The position numbers and the translations under genes are program-made. DNA of 64,000 nt from Bigelowiella natans CCMP2755 (taxonomy: Eukaryota; Protista; Cercozoa): positions 1 to 64,000 of the forward strand of contig ADNK01003372.1 in NCBI GenBank assembly GCA_000320545.1. Direction: 5' to 3'. Shown piece after piece: positions 1-14,230 of this stretch. Each line of letters opens with the position of its first letter. Position 1 is the stretch's first letter. The notes under the pieces were generated by a model that was given only the letters and a program-made list of their open reading frames with translations, searched no databases and had not been told where the DNA came from.

Positions 1-640
1 GGGGGGGGGGGGGTTGGACGGCGGCTTGCATATACTCGCGATTTAAAGATCACTTCGCATGTACCGCTGAGTATATATTTGAGGATGGGAAGGTAAGAGG
101 GAGGGGGGGTTCTATACTCGCGCTCTCAAGCAAAATCCACATGTTCCGCTGAGGGTGAATTAATTTTTATGGAGAGACTTACAAAGCGCGCTTGTCGAGC
201 GCCTCCCCCCGCTCTGGCTCGATCCTATCCTCGCCATACGGCTTCGTCTACAGGGTGAAACTTTTCATCAGTCTCTAGTAAAACAACTCGGAGAAATCGA
301 TGGATGGAAAGATAAGGTTGGATAAAGTGGGAGGGATGTGAGCGTTGTTTGAGACGAACCCAGTAGGAGCTGGAGAAGTCCGGGAGGATGCACCAGAAGA
401 CGATGACGGGTTCATTTCTGATTATTCAAATGTATTCCATTGATGGAAGCTTCTTTGCCCTGCTTTTTGGGGGGGAGGGGGAATCCCAAAAATGATCACT
501 TTAACGCTTGTCTTTGGCTGCGACAATGACTGTCTCTTTGTAATAAAAAGAAGCGTTTTTGCCGAGCGACAAAACTTTTTGAAACTTAAATCTGAAACGC
601 CTCCAGTCATCGCACGAGTTTGTACTATATTTTGCACCTG
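1..640 (-). CDS. Partial spliced gene of unknown function, running off the left edge
   Basis: Minus-strand GT-AG exon-like segments: about 505-637 (GAKYSTNSCDDWRRFRFKFQKVLSLGKNASFYYKETVIVAAKDK), about 360-418, about 183-247 with a gtaagt donor, and 31-nt mini-exons at 118-148 and 36-66. No recognisable domain. Confidence 0.35.
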
Positions 641-823
641 AAACTACCACTAGAAGGAGCAGAAAGAAAAGAACGTTGTAGTTGTTTTACCCGATAAACA
701 CGAAAATTCATAAATGAATCAACTTTATACTGTTTATATCCTACCAGACTCTAATATCTCCGGAATCTTTCGTTGAAGTGAGCGGAAACCGACTTGTAAC
801 GGCAACACGCTCGAGTAGAGACA

Positions 824-3800
824 ATGGGGGCAAAAGGGCTTACCTTGCCCAAAGCTCCCAAGGAGGTGCCCGAGAGTAATCAGTCGCTATTTGCCTGGCC
901 ACCCTCTCAGGTAGATAGCGAATTAGCGAGATTTTCAAGATATGTTGATGTCAGACCCACTTTGCTTTATCGATGATCAGTGTATGGGAATGATGGCGCA
1001 GTTCCCGCGAGTTCAGAAACATTTCGGATATGAGATGAGCAAGGATAATTTCATCAAGGTGGCTGTGTATGTGTTTGTACGTGTACATGTGTGTGTGTGT
1101 GTGTGTGTGTGTCTGTGCGTGTTTATCATAAAAATACGCCCAGAGTTGCTTCTCCGTGCATCCTTCAGTTGCTAAACGTGAATTCGGCCAAAGCTGATGA
1201 AATATGGAAAGCTTGGGGTGGCGATGCTGAGGTAGTATTAAACTTATAAGTTGCTATCTAAATCATGAACGCTGGTCGATCACATGCTGATACGCAACAT
1301 GGCTACGACGCCATTATTTCTCATGAAAATTATGTGATGCGTTCACGATACTTCTCGTTCTTCAGCTTGTTTCTGTCTGCGTCTGTTTGTCATCTTCCCT
1401 CCTAGTCATCATCCTGGGCATGAAGCATATAATTTTCCAAAAAAATCAAAACAAAAATAGGGACTGTGCACAGTGAATCTACTCGAGATATTTTCCGCTA
1501 TCATTCTGGCCAGTAGCTGCAAGATGAGAGAAAAAATCCAAGCTTTATTCAAGTTTTTCAAGATAAGAGCCGGGCCCGGAATGGTCTGTAATGTATTGTA
1601 CAGAAGAGTGCTTTATATGTTCTTTGTCGATCCTTTCATATCCACTTTATGAATCAGCATGTTCGTGAAAGGATGCAAACAGCGTTGAATAACACAGGGT
1701 CTTTCGGACTTCAAAATTTTGTTCAAAAACGCGATCACCGGATTCCATCGCTTTATTAGCATCGAATGCGAAAAAGGTAGCGATAAAGGTTGAGAGAAGA
1801 TTTCGTGAATCTGCGAGTGGTTCTGAGTTTTGATCAAGGAGAATCGACAAACTTGATTCCAAATCCCAGTTCAAAGATGAACGTGATGAACGTGTGGGGT
1901 TTTGATAACTTTCATGCAATACCTGTCTCCTTCTTCTTCCCGCACCCCTTCTTTTTCACGTCATATCTTCCACTTTCTCTCTCATGTCAACCAAAAAAGG
2001 TGAAATGATTTTGTACTATCACTGTGCAGACGATATGGAGCTGCTGCAATGGGGTGCAGCAGTTTTTTCGGAGGTTGCTCAGCCAAATTCAATGAAAGAG
2101 CTTTCGGTGCGTCATCAAGGCAGCAGAGAACATCAAGATAATTAGGAGATAACCTTGAACTCTTTAGAATGGAATTTTCCGTTTTATTCAAAGTTGAATC
2201 CAAGTTTCGTGTACTTCGATTACTTAATTTTACATACATATGCGCACCCCCCCTCCCCGCTCCCCCCCCTCTTCAGATAAGTAGAGGGAGATTTGAGAAA
2301 GTTATAAAAGATGACAAGGGTTTGTTTGAGTTATTCACTGCATACGGCACGACGGATGGCAAAATACTTCGAAAGGTGTTCGGATGGCCTGCATCATCTT
2401 ATAAGCATAATCACATGTTTAATGAAAAAATACGTCATTGGAAAGAGCTATATGTGAAGGGAATCACATATTTTTCTCTCAATACTTCTCAGAAACGATC
2501 CCGTGCTGAAGCAAAGACGTCAACAGTAAGAATTGCACATACAGAAACGTATTGTGATTCATTGCAATTGTACTCATAGCAAATTCGCACGTGCACCCAC
2601 TCACACGCATGCACACGTACATGCATACACATACGCACAGGAACATATTCATGTATCGATTCGAAAGTGCTAGGTATCTAAATTATAAAAACAACCTGAT
2701 GCTTCCTTATACACCGATGATAGTTTTACAACAGATCAAAAGTAGTCGTTCAGCTACCCCTACACCCTCGCTGCTCTCAATAATCATGCTCATTACAGAT
2801 ATTTGAAACTATAACCTCGCGTTTTTATTTTTTACTTGTGATAAAGGCCATTGATATCGACACCATTAAATCGGTTGGTGGGATGGGAAGCACTTCTGTT
2901 TGGGTATAGAAGAAACACAGGCTAGAGGAGGGGGGGAGGAATATGTACTAGTTTTTTACTCACTAATTACCATGAAATCACTAATTACCATGAAAGAGGG
3001 GGTTCGGGGAGAGAATTTGTGCTTTTTCCCACCTACATGTGTTCTAATGTCGCCTTGAAGATATGGATTCTATGGGGGTTAAGGAACTGGAGAAGAAGAA
3101 AATCATGTTGAATTAGAAAACGACGCTTCCAGCAACAAACACATTAGCGATCGATCAGCCTCAAATTCAGTGTGTTTGGTATTATTGTGTAGTGTGGACT
3201 TAAGCCTCGATCGCATCGATGGAACATGCCAAACAGAGATAGGGACAAGAAGCAAAACGTTTTCCCAAAGACGAATGACATAAACCAGTGGCCAAGGTTT
3301 CAGAAGAGATACGCTCACATACACACGCATCTATGTGTTAAGATATAATTTACCATCCGTGAAACCAAAATCTATCGTAAGTTTCACAGCTCACGTTCTC
3401 CTATGAGCGCTAGTAATAATGGCTGGATAATGACACTTGCAAAGGAAAGTGGGGCGATCCAATGTGATTTCTCGTGAAATCTCTAGCTGATTCTGAAATT
3501 GTTGGTTTGGTGTTCTTGTCGTCCTTCGCCTCCGCAGTCACCTCATAGGGCTTGCATTTAACATGTGGGAACTTCACTGCATGTGGCGCAGCGGGATGCT
3601 CAACGAGGACGACGCCTTTAAAGAGGAAGATGCGAAAAAGTTTGAAGTTAAGAGGGAGAGATCGTCCGTGATCATGAAACGGTAAGTATGCAGCAGCAGA
3701 TCTACGGAGTGGGATGAGAATGGCATGTGTAGAGTTATATATGAGAACCCATGGGAATTATGCATTTTCACTGATCAGGAATTTAGTAAGTAAGATGTGT

Positions 3801-3824
3801 ATAAATGTTTCTAAATACCCTCAC

Positions 3825-3865
<41 letters not shown>

Positions 3866-5033
3866 ATCCTTTAAAGGAAAAGGTGCCTGAAGCTCGTACG
3901 TAATCTAGGATTGAATATGATTGACATAAAGATTTTGCCGGGAACTCGCTTCAAAGAAACCGTGCAGCTCCTTTACCCGAATCTCACGTAAGTTGATGAA
4001 TGCCCCTCCCCCCCTTTATTTTTGGTAGAAGACGGGTGGATGGTATGATAGTTAAGGCGGTGATGGCAATTTCGAAAAAGAAGAGAAGCGTACGAGTAAA
4101 TAGGTGTAGGAGTTCATGATGATTATACAAAGGCATCTATGCCGCGTATAATCGCAGTGTTGGCAAATGCTATTTCTAAAAGTCGTTCTCTCGAGGTCTC
4201 AAGCGTTTCAAGAATTTAGTACAGCTGTGAATCGCTGACTTGCTCGCTGCACGATTGTGCACGATTATGATCTGCGGTGCGTTTCTGAATGGTATGTCAA
4301 AATGACGATGCATATATGCGCAACAGGGTCCACGAATGCAATAAACTGGTGCAATGCATGAACAACCACTACAATCTCTCCATCGACAAGGCGAAAATCG
4401 TCAGAATGCAAGATCTCTTCATAGAGGTTGCTCCCCCCCATTCTAACACCGACCTTAAAAGGGCAACTTGGAAGAAGATGTAGCAGCCCGATTATCATTC
4501 TGAAATAACGATGATTGTCCTTTTGATGGGAAAATAACCAATGATGTTTTGAGTACCGTGGGCGTTTTTCGTGGAAATATAGCGGAAGCATTTAGCATTA
4601 CCCCCGATCCGCCTCCATTTTTGCGAATGTTGTATCTTTTTTTGTGTATCAATTTGTGAGTGTGCGCGTTGACGCCTGTACGACTCGTTTTATGTCTAAG
4701 TTTGATTCCCATCTTCTTCTCACTAGGCCGATAGAGACTTCGACTGCATAGTGCAATTCCATGCGTTCTTGGATTTGCTGGAGCGTGACAACCTCATCGA
4801 CCCAATCTACACCGATTTCCTCTCGAAAAGGTAGTATTAGACGTCCCAGAGGGAAGAGGATAGGGAGAGGGATATAATGCTACCCTGTCCCTATGTTTGA
4901 GTCGTAAGAGGGGAGGATAACAGGCAGGGAATGAGGGGGAGAGAGAGGGAGAGAGAGACGTCCATAGATGTTGTGTCGGGAACCGGTAATTGTATAGAAT
5001 TAGGATTTTACACACAAAGAAATATGTTGTGAG

Positions 5034-5071
<38 letters not shown>

Positions 5072-5206
5072 TGATACCGTAAATGACACAACTCGAACGT
5101 ATCTTTTAGGACAGAATTGCTCCACCGTAAAGTTAGCTTTCCGGAGGTCCTCGAGATAGTGTTCGGGAAGACGCACATGTACAACATGCAGGTTATCGCC
5201 AGTATG

Positions 5207-5239
<33 letters not shown>

Positions 5240-5720
5240 ATTTATCACTGTAGAGACTAATAAAGAGTGCTTCCTTCCCTTGCTATTCGAATATATTAGC
5301 TATTCAAATCGTACATACGCCGTATAAGACCGTTGACAGCCAAGGAGTGGGAGAAGGCGCGAGGGTATGTTCAGAAGAATGCATGACACACATCTTTCAC
5401 CAAAAAGCAAAAAATATGGAAATCATAAGGCATTGAACATAAGGCACGCAAATACACCCTGCATCATGGCTTAGGATCGATACATCCCGATTCTACCTAA
5501 ATACACTTTTACGAAGTCGAGTAGTAGTAATACCTCTTCTAGGGCCTTTTCCAAAGAGGATGACACGGGACATTCACTGCACGCTTTGTATGCTCTTGTT
5601 GCTTTGGCAGTCTTTTCGATATGTACGATCGCGATAGCAGCGGCGAGATCGACCGTGAGGAGATGCAGGCTGTTTACAAGGATCTGAAGGACCACTCCAA
5701 GAAGGTGGCGGAAAGAGGAT

Positions 5721-5754
<34 letters not shown>

Positions 5755-6777
5755 CACACGCAGGTGTATTAGAATATCATGTGTGTGCGTTTGATAGAGC
5801 ATCTCTATGATGAATCGGGTTTAGGCTATAGACGAGATTTTTGACAAGATCGATTTGGATGGAAGCGGAGAGATCGACATAGATGAATTCGTCAACTTCT
5901 TCAGACTGGTAGTGGGGAACAAAACAATATATACATTATGTTTTTATGGGAACAAAACAATATACATTATGTTTTATGTATTATAATATAATATGTACCT
6001 GTGTGCATGTGCGCTTGCACGGCTGAGTTTCCTCCCTCTCCTTCTATCTCTCCTTCTGCAGCTACTAGACCGGAAAGATAGCGCGAGGGGGAGGGAAGAG
6101 CGCAAACAGCGTCGACTTTTATTCGAACAAATGGACATCGATCAACTCGAAGACCTCGCCTACTCGGTTAGTCTACCGGGAAATCACTCCCTGCTGATAT
6201 TGTTTCTGTATGCCGTTGTAGCGAATATCCACTGTCAGCGATTTGTTTCCCCCTCGCCATCTGTGCTTTATAGATAAACAAAGAGGATGAGTGTGGGTGG
6301 CATGTGCATAAAACACCTAGCATTCAGTGACGATGATAACTCTACTAATTCCCTCAGGCAAGGCTGATCGACGGCGAAACGAAGCTGAAGCACTTGCAGC
6401 GAGAACAGCTTATTAATCTCCTTACGGAGAACGTCAACATCCCAATCCCCGTCGTCAAGAGAAAGCGGGTGAGGAAGAATCCAATCTGTGCTTGCACATG
6501 GACAAATGTGTACACGATGGAATCTCTTTTGTAGAGCCCATATAGATGACCATGAATCCGTAGCAATGAAATTATTCGTCTCCGTTTTCCCCCGTCATTT
6601 TCATTCCCCTTCCTCATCTAACCATTTTTTCAAAAAATTAGGAAATGTTTGAAAATTTATCATGAATTCACATTTCTTTAGCCGAGTTTCAAGGAGGGGG
6701 ATGTGCACGACGACGATGATTCCGACAAGCTGGTTTTCGATGAATTGGAGGAGTTCATGCTGGGACAACTAGTGTGA
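824..6777 (+). CDS. Multi-exon EF-hand Ca2+-binding protein with a putative N-myristoylation start (MGAKG...)
   Basis: Spliced exons encode EF-hand loops DRDSSGEIDREE (~5626), DLDGSGEIDIDE (~5852), DRDFDCIVQFHA (~4730) and a terminal DDDDSDKLVFDE...GQLV* ending at 6777. GT-AG introns carry (GT)n and (TA)n. Confidence 0.75.
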
Positions 6778-6784
6778 AGCATCA

Positions 6785-6822
<38 letters not shown>

Positions 6823-7392
6823 CCTCCCCCCCCCACGCACACACGCAGACACACTGCTGGTGGGATACATGTGTATATTTTGATGTTCCATCTTTGAGCG
6901 CTTCGCCAATAATGCGCGTCGTCATTCATTATTGACAAGTCAGCTGCATTGTCATCATTATTGTCACAATCATCATCGCCGCCTTTACATATCATCGCAC
7001 GTCATCATCGCTCTTCAATAAACCAGTCGATGATTGGGCGAGCGCCCCAGCAATGCTTCGCTCTTTTTACAGTAAACACGACATCGCTCCGCGGAATGTA
7101 GCAATGACCATGATGTGTGTATGCGGGAGCATAAGCAGCTAGGCACTCTAGCACTACACTTGTGCCTTGCATGCTTTATAGCATCAACAAGTCGAAGGAC
7201 ACATCGATCTTTGTGTCTTATTTTATATGCAATAACATTGGCAATGAGATGCATGCATCGATACATAGTAACTGCATCAAAATCCACCGGTCGTTGGTGC
7301 ACGTTATTTTCTCGTTGAGCAATTCGATCAGCTCGGGATTTTGCGGCGGCGGTGTACACATACATTACAAGTTCCAATTTTGGAGATGATCA

Positions 7393-8485
7393 TCATTCAG
7401 CATGCTCCTCAACCCGGCCCGAGTACTGCTCCAAAGTCATTAGCTCGACATCTTTGTCAACTGTAATCATCGGCAAAGGTGGTGGTGGCCTCTGCCGCCT
7501 CACACGGTCGTCATGAACATTGATGTCAAGCTGAGAAGCAATGAAAAAGTTTGTTTATCATCATGTCGAGATGAGGTATTGAACGGAAACAAATTCCCCT
7601 TTTCCTATTTGAACATACATCACATCATAAAACTATTATTTTCTATTTATCTTGGACCTGTACGCCACAAACGAGCCTTTTCATCTCATGATAGTATTTG
7701 TCCTAAGAAAATAAGACTAATTGGAACTGAAGCATGAACAATGCTACCCAGCACTTAGAAATTTGTATTGCTTATACTAAATTCTAGTTCTTATTTTTAA
7801 ACTTGTAATGTTTGGTATTACCCCCTCCAGGTTGTTATAATTGTGAGAACCATTATCGACACTCTTTCTTGCAGACTTAACTTCTTTTTGAACTTCCTTT
7901 TGCTATAGATATCACGCATATACGCAGAAACAAAGGCTGCTTACAAAATATCACGTAGAAATAAAAAATGGGAGAAGTGGTAGTAGCAGTAGTAGTATAA
8001 TCTAATTCCTCCTCCATAATCATCGATTTCATATCATACCTCCTTCAGTAAGGAATCCATGAAACTAACTCTTTGCTTTTTCACTTTCTGTAGTAGTTAG
8101 GTACATCACTTCCCAATTACATTTATTAAGAAAAGAAGGGCGGTGAAGGTGTGTGATGAGAACTCAATGAGTTTTTAGTTATATAGAGTCACCAAACTGA
8201 CGATGATCGTAGAAAGTTAAAAATGAATACCTCGCCAGCTTGTTTCTTCTTGTTCTTTGTTGCATCATCATTCTTTTCTCTCTTCAACTATGATGATGAC
8301 AATGACAAAAGGAAAAAACGGATCATCATTCGACAAAAAATAAAAAGTAATATATATATCCCATTAAACAGCAGCCTTACAATAATAAATAAATATGACT
8401 ACTACCCTTTCTTCTTCTCGAGTTTCTTCAACCCCGCCGCTCAAAACCATTCCAGAAGAGGTTGTTTGACTGTTTATGGTTGTGG

Positions 8486-8527
<42 letters not shown>

Positions 8528-10522
8528 GCTGGAAGTTGGAAGGATTTAACAGAGATGTTGTTGTTGATGATGATGACGATGATGATGATGACTCTACGTC
8601 GAATATGCAATAATTGTATACATATTGTCCAGAGGGTTTGATGAAACAACACATAAATGGGAAATCTGTGATGAAATTTCACTTGGAAGTCATCACACAC
8701 TCTAAATGTAAAACACTTTAAATATAAAACACTTATAATAATGCAACATAGTATTATTACGTCCTAGTAAAGACATCTTCCTTCCTCTTCTTGTCAGAAG
8801 GATTCGCACGTTTCCTTTTTTTGGACATGTATAATATCTCTTTCCTGGCCGCATTCTCTTTCATCACTTTCTGCCTGATATTATGCAACCTACAACCAAT
8901 GCAACAATTGAATCAATGATGGCTCTGGTATGGTACTCAACCAGCTCATATAGTACCAAAACAACATCTCTCTAATGTACTGTATGTCGATAGCCAAGTT
9001 GTAATTGAGAAGAGAATATTCAAAATCCACCATTATTTATGATAATCTTAATACTACTAAATCAAAATCACAAAATCATAAGAAAAATATCGATGATGAG
9101 TGGCTCCGTCCCCCCTTTTTTTGATTTTTTAGCAGAAGAGACGAAAACAACAACAACAACAACAACAACAAGAACCATATTGGCCACGATGACACAACGG
9201 CATGGCAAATAACACTACACTACTTACTCCACGTGCGCACTGAAATTATAGTCTTTTTTTTCACGCTCCTCCTGCTCGAGCAGCCTTTCAAGCCTACGAC
9301 GGATAAGGAAGAAGAGAGGAAGAAGAAGGAGAAGAAGGAGAAGAAGAAGAAGAAGAAGAAGAAGAAGAAGAAGAAATACGACAATTATGATGATGTTTTC
9401 AATAATAACTGTACAATAATGAAATCAATATAGAACACAGCCAAAATCATCATCCTCTTCAGATTTCAGTAATGAATGAGAAGAAAAAAAGAAGCTCCCA
9501 AAATTAAAATGATCTAGAGACTGCTGAATATCACTAGTTAGACATAATACATGACCACCACACAGTTAATACTACTACTATTACTGCTACTACATTGTTC
9601 TCAAGTACCATAATCTAACATACAAAAACTGCACCACCACCACCACCACCACCACCACCACCACCATTTACCTTGCTTTTAGTTTTTCTATTTCTGGCTT
9701 ATCTTCCTCATCGTCTGGATCTAGCTCGCGTATCCTGTACTCTAGCTTTGCCTTTTGTTTTGTGAGGTTTGTGACGTATCCTAAATAATGGGTGATTGAT
9801 TGGGGAGGGAGATGGTGGGAAGGAGAAAAGCAAGGAAGAGAAAGTTGAGCCGTCGATGTAATTAGTGATCTGGGATTTCCTTTTCTTTCATCATCATCAT
9901 CATGATCTTGTTCTTTGGTTGCATGAGTAACTTTGTTCATCATCATCATCATCATCATCATTAACGTGACAGTAGGTATGTCGTTACCATCATTGTTGCT
10001 AAACCGGGTGGAGAATAATAACCGCACAGATCATCACTTATAACAATTGTTACAGCAGCAAACAATTTAGAACCTGCTTCTTCTCTTTCTTTGACCATCT
10101 GTGCCATAATCTGGGGGGTGATCTTGAAAGCTCTGCGGTATTTCTCTCTCTGTGCTCTCTCATAGGATAACTCCTCCACACACGGGATCTTCAAATCGCC
10201 TTTTCGCAACATCTATTTGTTGTTCATGTATCATGTAAAAGAAAATCAAAACATTTATTTTGTGTAACACTCATTTAGTTATTGACTGGCAAAGCCAACG
10301 CAATAGAAAACAATTATAGATCACATCAAGGCACATGAGCATGCGGGCACCTTGATCCAAAAGTCCATCTCATTTGAGGTAATGGACTTTGTTGACATTT
10401 GCGTGATTCGATATTCCATTTTGGCCTGTGAGAATACAAGTACATAGAATTTTAGTGGGATGACGATGATGATGATCTTTGAATGTCAGACCATCGATTA
10501 AAAAGTAATAGTCGCATACGTA

Positions 10523-10605
<83 letters not shown>

Positions 10606-13173
10606 CCCCATGATATTAATCACAGCTACAACTGAAGGGAGAAAGAACATGTGATCGAAGAATAGAAAAGAAAATCTAAGAAAACGGACCTTTCCAACAG
10701 AAAGTATAAGCTTATATTTAGTATATTCGCCATTGGGTAGCTGGTAAGGACTAGAAGGGGTAGTTCAATCCATTATTTGAAAACATGAAGAAACAATAAG
10801 AAACCCTTTATTTAAATCAGATGACTACCGTTGATTCAATAGGTGTAAAATTTGAAATGGAACGCACGCATAATCATACATGTGGCATTATAAATCGTCA
10901 TTTTTGTTACTTCTGAGACTTGGTGATCCCGCTAATCTGGGCCATTCTATATCTAGAATAAAAATATGAATTAGAGATAGATTTAATTTTATGAGAGGAA
11001 TCATCGGTGTAGCAATCAATTCTAAAAAGATGAACCAGTCTAGGCAGCACTAACTAATAAACCAAACCAAAGTTATAATGACTAATATTTATATGTAACC
11101 TCCCCCCTTCAATAACATTGGTGCTGCATGATAACGGGGTACTACATGAATGACTGGTGATCATCCGTTCTTTATAAAGTCAAATCATCCGTTCTTTTTA
11201 AAGTCAAACTTACATTGGCCTCCCTTCCTTGTTACCAACCAACACGCGCACAAACATACCTTGGATGTAGTCTAAAAAGGAATTTGTGCATCAGTATGGA
11301 CGATGAGCTTAAAAAAAGGCAAAAGGAGGGGAATGAAGTGATGATGACACCGAACAAACTGCTGGCAACTTAATCGCTTTCCCTTTCTTGCTTGCATGAG
11401 AAAATGATTAAATGTTTACATATTGTGCTTTACTGCATAACAAACAGTTGTCTTTCATGTTGCAATAGTTTGGAGCTCATAAGCATGAAAGATAACCATC
11501 ACCACCACCCCCACCACAACCCAGCCGTGTAATCTCTAGTGACATCATCATCATCACAACCATCACCTTTCATATAGGGTTTTTTGATCAGTTTTTCCAA
11601 CTCATTACGACGAATCTAAATCCAGCATACTATATTGAAGACCAAGTATCTTCAAATAAATAAATAACACATTGTGTCTACCGTGCAAGCTTTTACAGTT
11701 TTAAGATTTAATGGAGTCTCTGAGAACCATTTCTGCAAATTGAAAGAAAGATATTTGTCAGGGCTTCTAGAAGTATACTACGGCAATCTTTCAGTAACAA
11801 CCGTAGCCAACGACGAGAGAAAGTCTTTCCATAACACCTCTACCATACGATGGAAGAAAATACCTTCCTTTCCGAAACTACTTGTTCTTCTTCGATCTCA
11901 TCACCATACTCTTGATAATCATCCTCTTCTTCAACCTGTTAATGCAATTGTTGCTTCAAATATATGATGATGATGACATGGGTCTGCCGCCCCTTCTCTT
12001 AACATTTCTATTCTCATAATGCCAAATTATAATTATTTTCTCTCCTCTCTATGACTGCGAATAACTCCACCTACCTCTTCATCATGCTCTTCCTCCTCCT
12101 CCCTCTCGTCGGGCAATTCTTCATGGTCTTGTTCTGATGTATCACATTGTTGGCGTGCCATTGTGAAACCGACGAGAAGTATTACTTTTTACTAGGTTAC
12201 CTTCATAAGCCTCATCGATTTTCTTTTTTTTTTTAAGCTCATTCCTGAATAATAAGCAATGTGTTATCCCCACAGAATTTTAATTTTTGATTCAGCCGAA
12301 ATTATGATTTGAAATTATGTTTTGACAATCCTTACCTCTTTTTAATTTGCTCCAAAGCATATGCTTCCCTTTCCTGTTGTTGGGTCAAATGATCTCGTCG
12401 GGGCCTCTGCTTCCTAGCCTTTGATTGTCTTCTCTAAAGAAGAAGGGAAAGTGAAGTGGAAACCAGATTGGGATTAGCAATGCGTAGTAGTATCTATCTA
12501 TCTAATGATGCTGTCAGTAATATAGTGAAACAATCATTCTGATACATCATGTGACAACACGCAATTCACATGTGGTTGCCAACATACTCGAGCAGCTGCT
12601 TCTTTGCGCTCCTGTCTTCGCTTACGCTCCTCACGACGTTCATAAATTAACTCTAAGAAGTTTTGGCATCCAATATTTTTCAAATGAAGAGCAATGTGAG
12701 AAGTATTTTGTTAATCTAGAATATATTACCTTCCCTCCGAGCTTCCGGAAGTCTTAAGAGTTTCTCCCTTTCTTCACCCTAAGCAGTGTTTGTAGCAGTG
12801 TTTGTACTACTACCTCAGAGAAATCAAATTGTTACGCAACAAATAATCGTCGAGTGCATATTCCACATTTCATATTACCTTCCCCATGAAGTCTGCCCCC
12901 CATCCATCGCTCTCACTCATCTCAGATTCACTGAAAAAATAATGTCGATTGGTAAGATCAGAGAAAAATGTCCAGAATAGAATGAGCCATTCCTCCATCC
13001 TCCAAATAATGCGTATGATTTTACCTTTCTTCCTTTTTATCCTCTGAATCATCAGAAGTGTCGTCCTCGGACTCTCGACTCTTCCCCAAAAGATCACTGA
13101 CAACAAAGAGCATTGTCAAACAATTCTGTGAGGCACAACATAACGGCCACTATTTACTCGATCTCGTCGCCAT
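7393..13173 (-). CDS. RTF1: RNA polymerase II-associated PAF1-complex subunit RTF1 (Plus3 domain), multi-exon
   Basis: Exons give ELIYERREERKRRQERKE (HMD-like) and a Plus3 domain IRRNELEKLIKNPYMK/DYIQGMFVRVLVGNKEGRP/YRMAQISGITK/PYQLPNGEYTKYKLILSVGK/AKMEYRITQMSTKSITSNEMDFWIK, followed by coiled coil and C-terminal LMTLEQYSGR...*. Confidence 0.85.
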
Positions 13174-13429
13174 CTTTATTCCTGCTCGACGATACCGGTA
13201 CATCCTAAAAAGAATCGTCAAATGAGTGATATTTGAAAAGTGAGTGTAGGTTTTGATCATTACATCTTCGGAACTAGACATCGATCCTGTTCGTTATGCC
13301 AAATCAAGAGGTAGTTGACAGCAGTAAGGTCTTGACTAAAAGAGGGTGGTGTCCTCCTGTCCAGCTTCCCCGCACTTGTTGTCTACCAGAGCCGTACAAG
13401 GGACAAACCCTTTTTTTTTGGGATGAGAA

Positions 13430-13532
13430 TGTGCGAACTACTACTAGATCTACTCCCTGGAGATTCTCCGAGATTTGGATAACAATGTGCGAACTACTAC
13501 TTGATCTACTCCCTGGAGATTCTCCGAGATTT
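13430..13532. repeat. Tandem duplication, about 56-bp period, 2 copies
   Basis: tgtgcgaactactact[a/t]gatctactccctggagattctccgagattt occurs twice. Confidence 0.9.
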
Positions 13533-13596
13533 TTAAGTTGCTCACTGACGGATGGACCCATCATTGGAACAGTTGATTCCTTTTGGTTTCACTAGA

Positions 13597-14230
13597 TGGT
13601 CCTCACTAAAGTTAGTTCGAGGCACTGCGTTTCGTACACTGCAAATGTCTTGTTACATTTTGGAAATGTAGTTCTTTGTCATTGTTCATTGTTCTGCTTC
13701 ATTGTTCATTGTTCTTCTAGGAAAAAGTGGTCATGCTTGTTTGAGCTTCTTGAACATCGGCTAGAATTTGCAATCTGCCTCCCTCTTCCTCGATTTGTCC
13801 TCTTTGCAATGCTGAAGTGGCTCAAAGTGTCAACCACCTCATCCATCATTGTGCTCACTTGAATGCTGCGAGAAACAAACCACTCTCGAGCACAAGAATG
13901 GCTCTGGGCCCAGCTTCTCCTGTCTGCTCCTCACCCTTTGATGCTTCTGACTCAGCCAAAACTGAAGTTGTTCTGGGTGCCCCCTCGGATGATCCGAACG
14001 TGGATCATCGTGCAGATGCAGCCTTTGGGGAGTTTTCACTTGGAGCAGATGCTTTGCGTCGCCGCCACATTGCTGCTAGTTGCATTGTTCCACAATGGCT
14101 GAATCACCAATTCAAAAGTGCTCTGCTGGTTTGGCAGTTGGTCCTCACTGAAGCTAGTTCGAGGCACTGCGTTTCGCAAACTGCAAACGTCTTGCAACAC
14201 TTTGGAAATGTGGTTCACCATCATTGTTCT
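13597..14230 (+). repeat. Diverged direct repeat of about 90 bp (13597-13688 vs 14139-14230)
   Basis: tggtcctcact(a/g)aag(t/c)tagttcgaggcactgcgtttcg...tcattgttc, with 13 differences. Confidence 0.9.

Noticed and set aside
13430-13532. CRISPR-like repeat-spacer structure
   Set aside because: Only two copies with a 9-bp gap, in a eukaryotic context with no cas genes; a simple tandem duplication.
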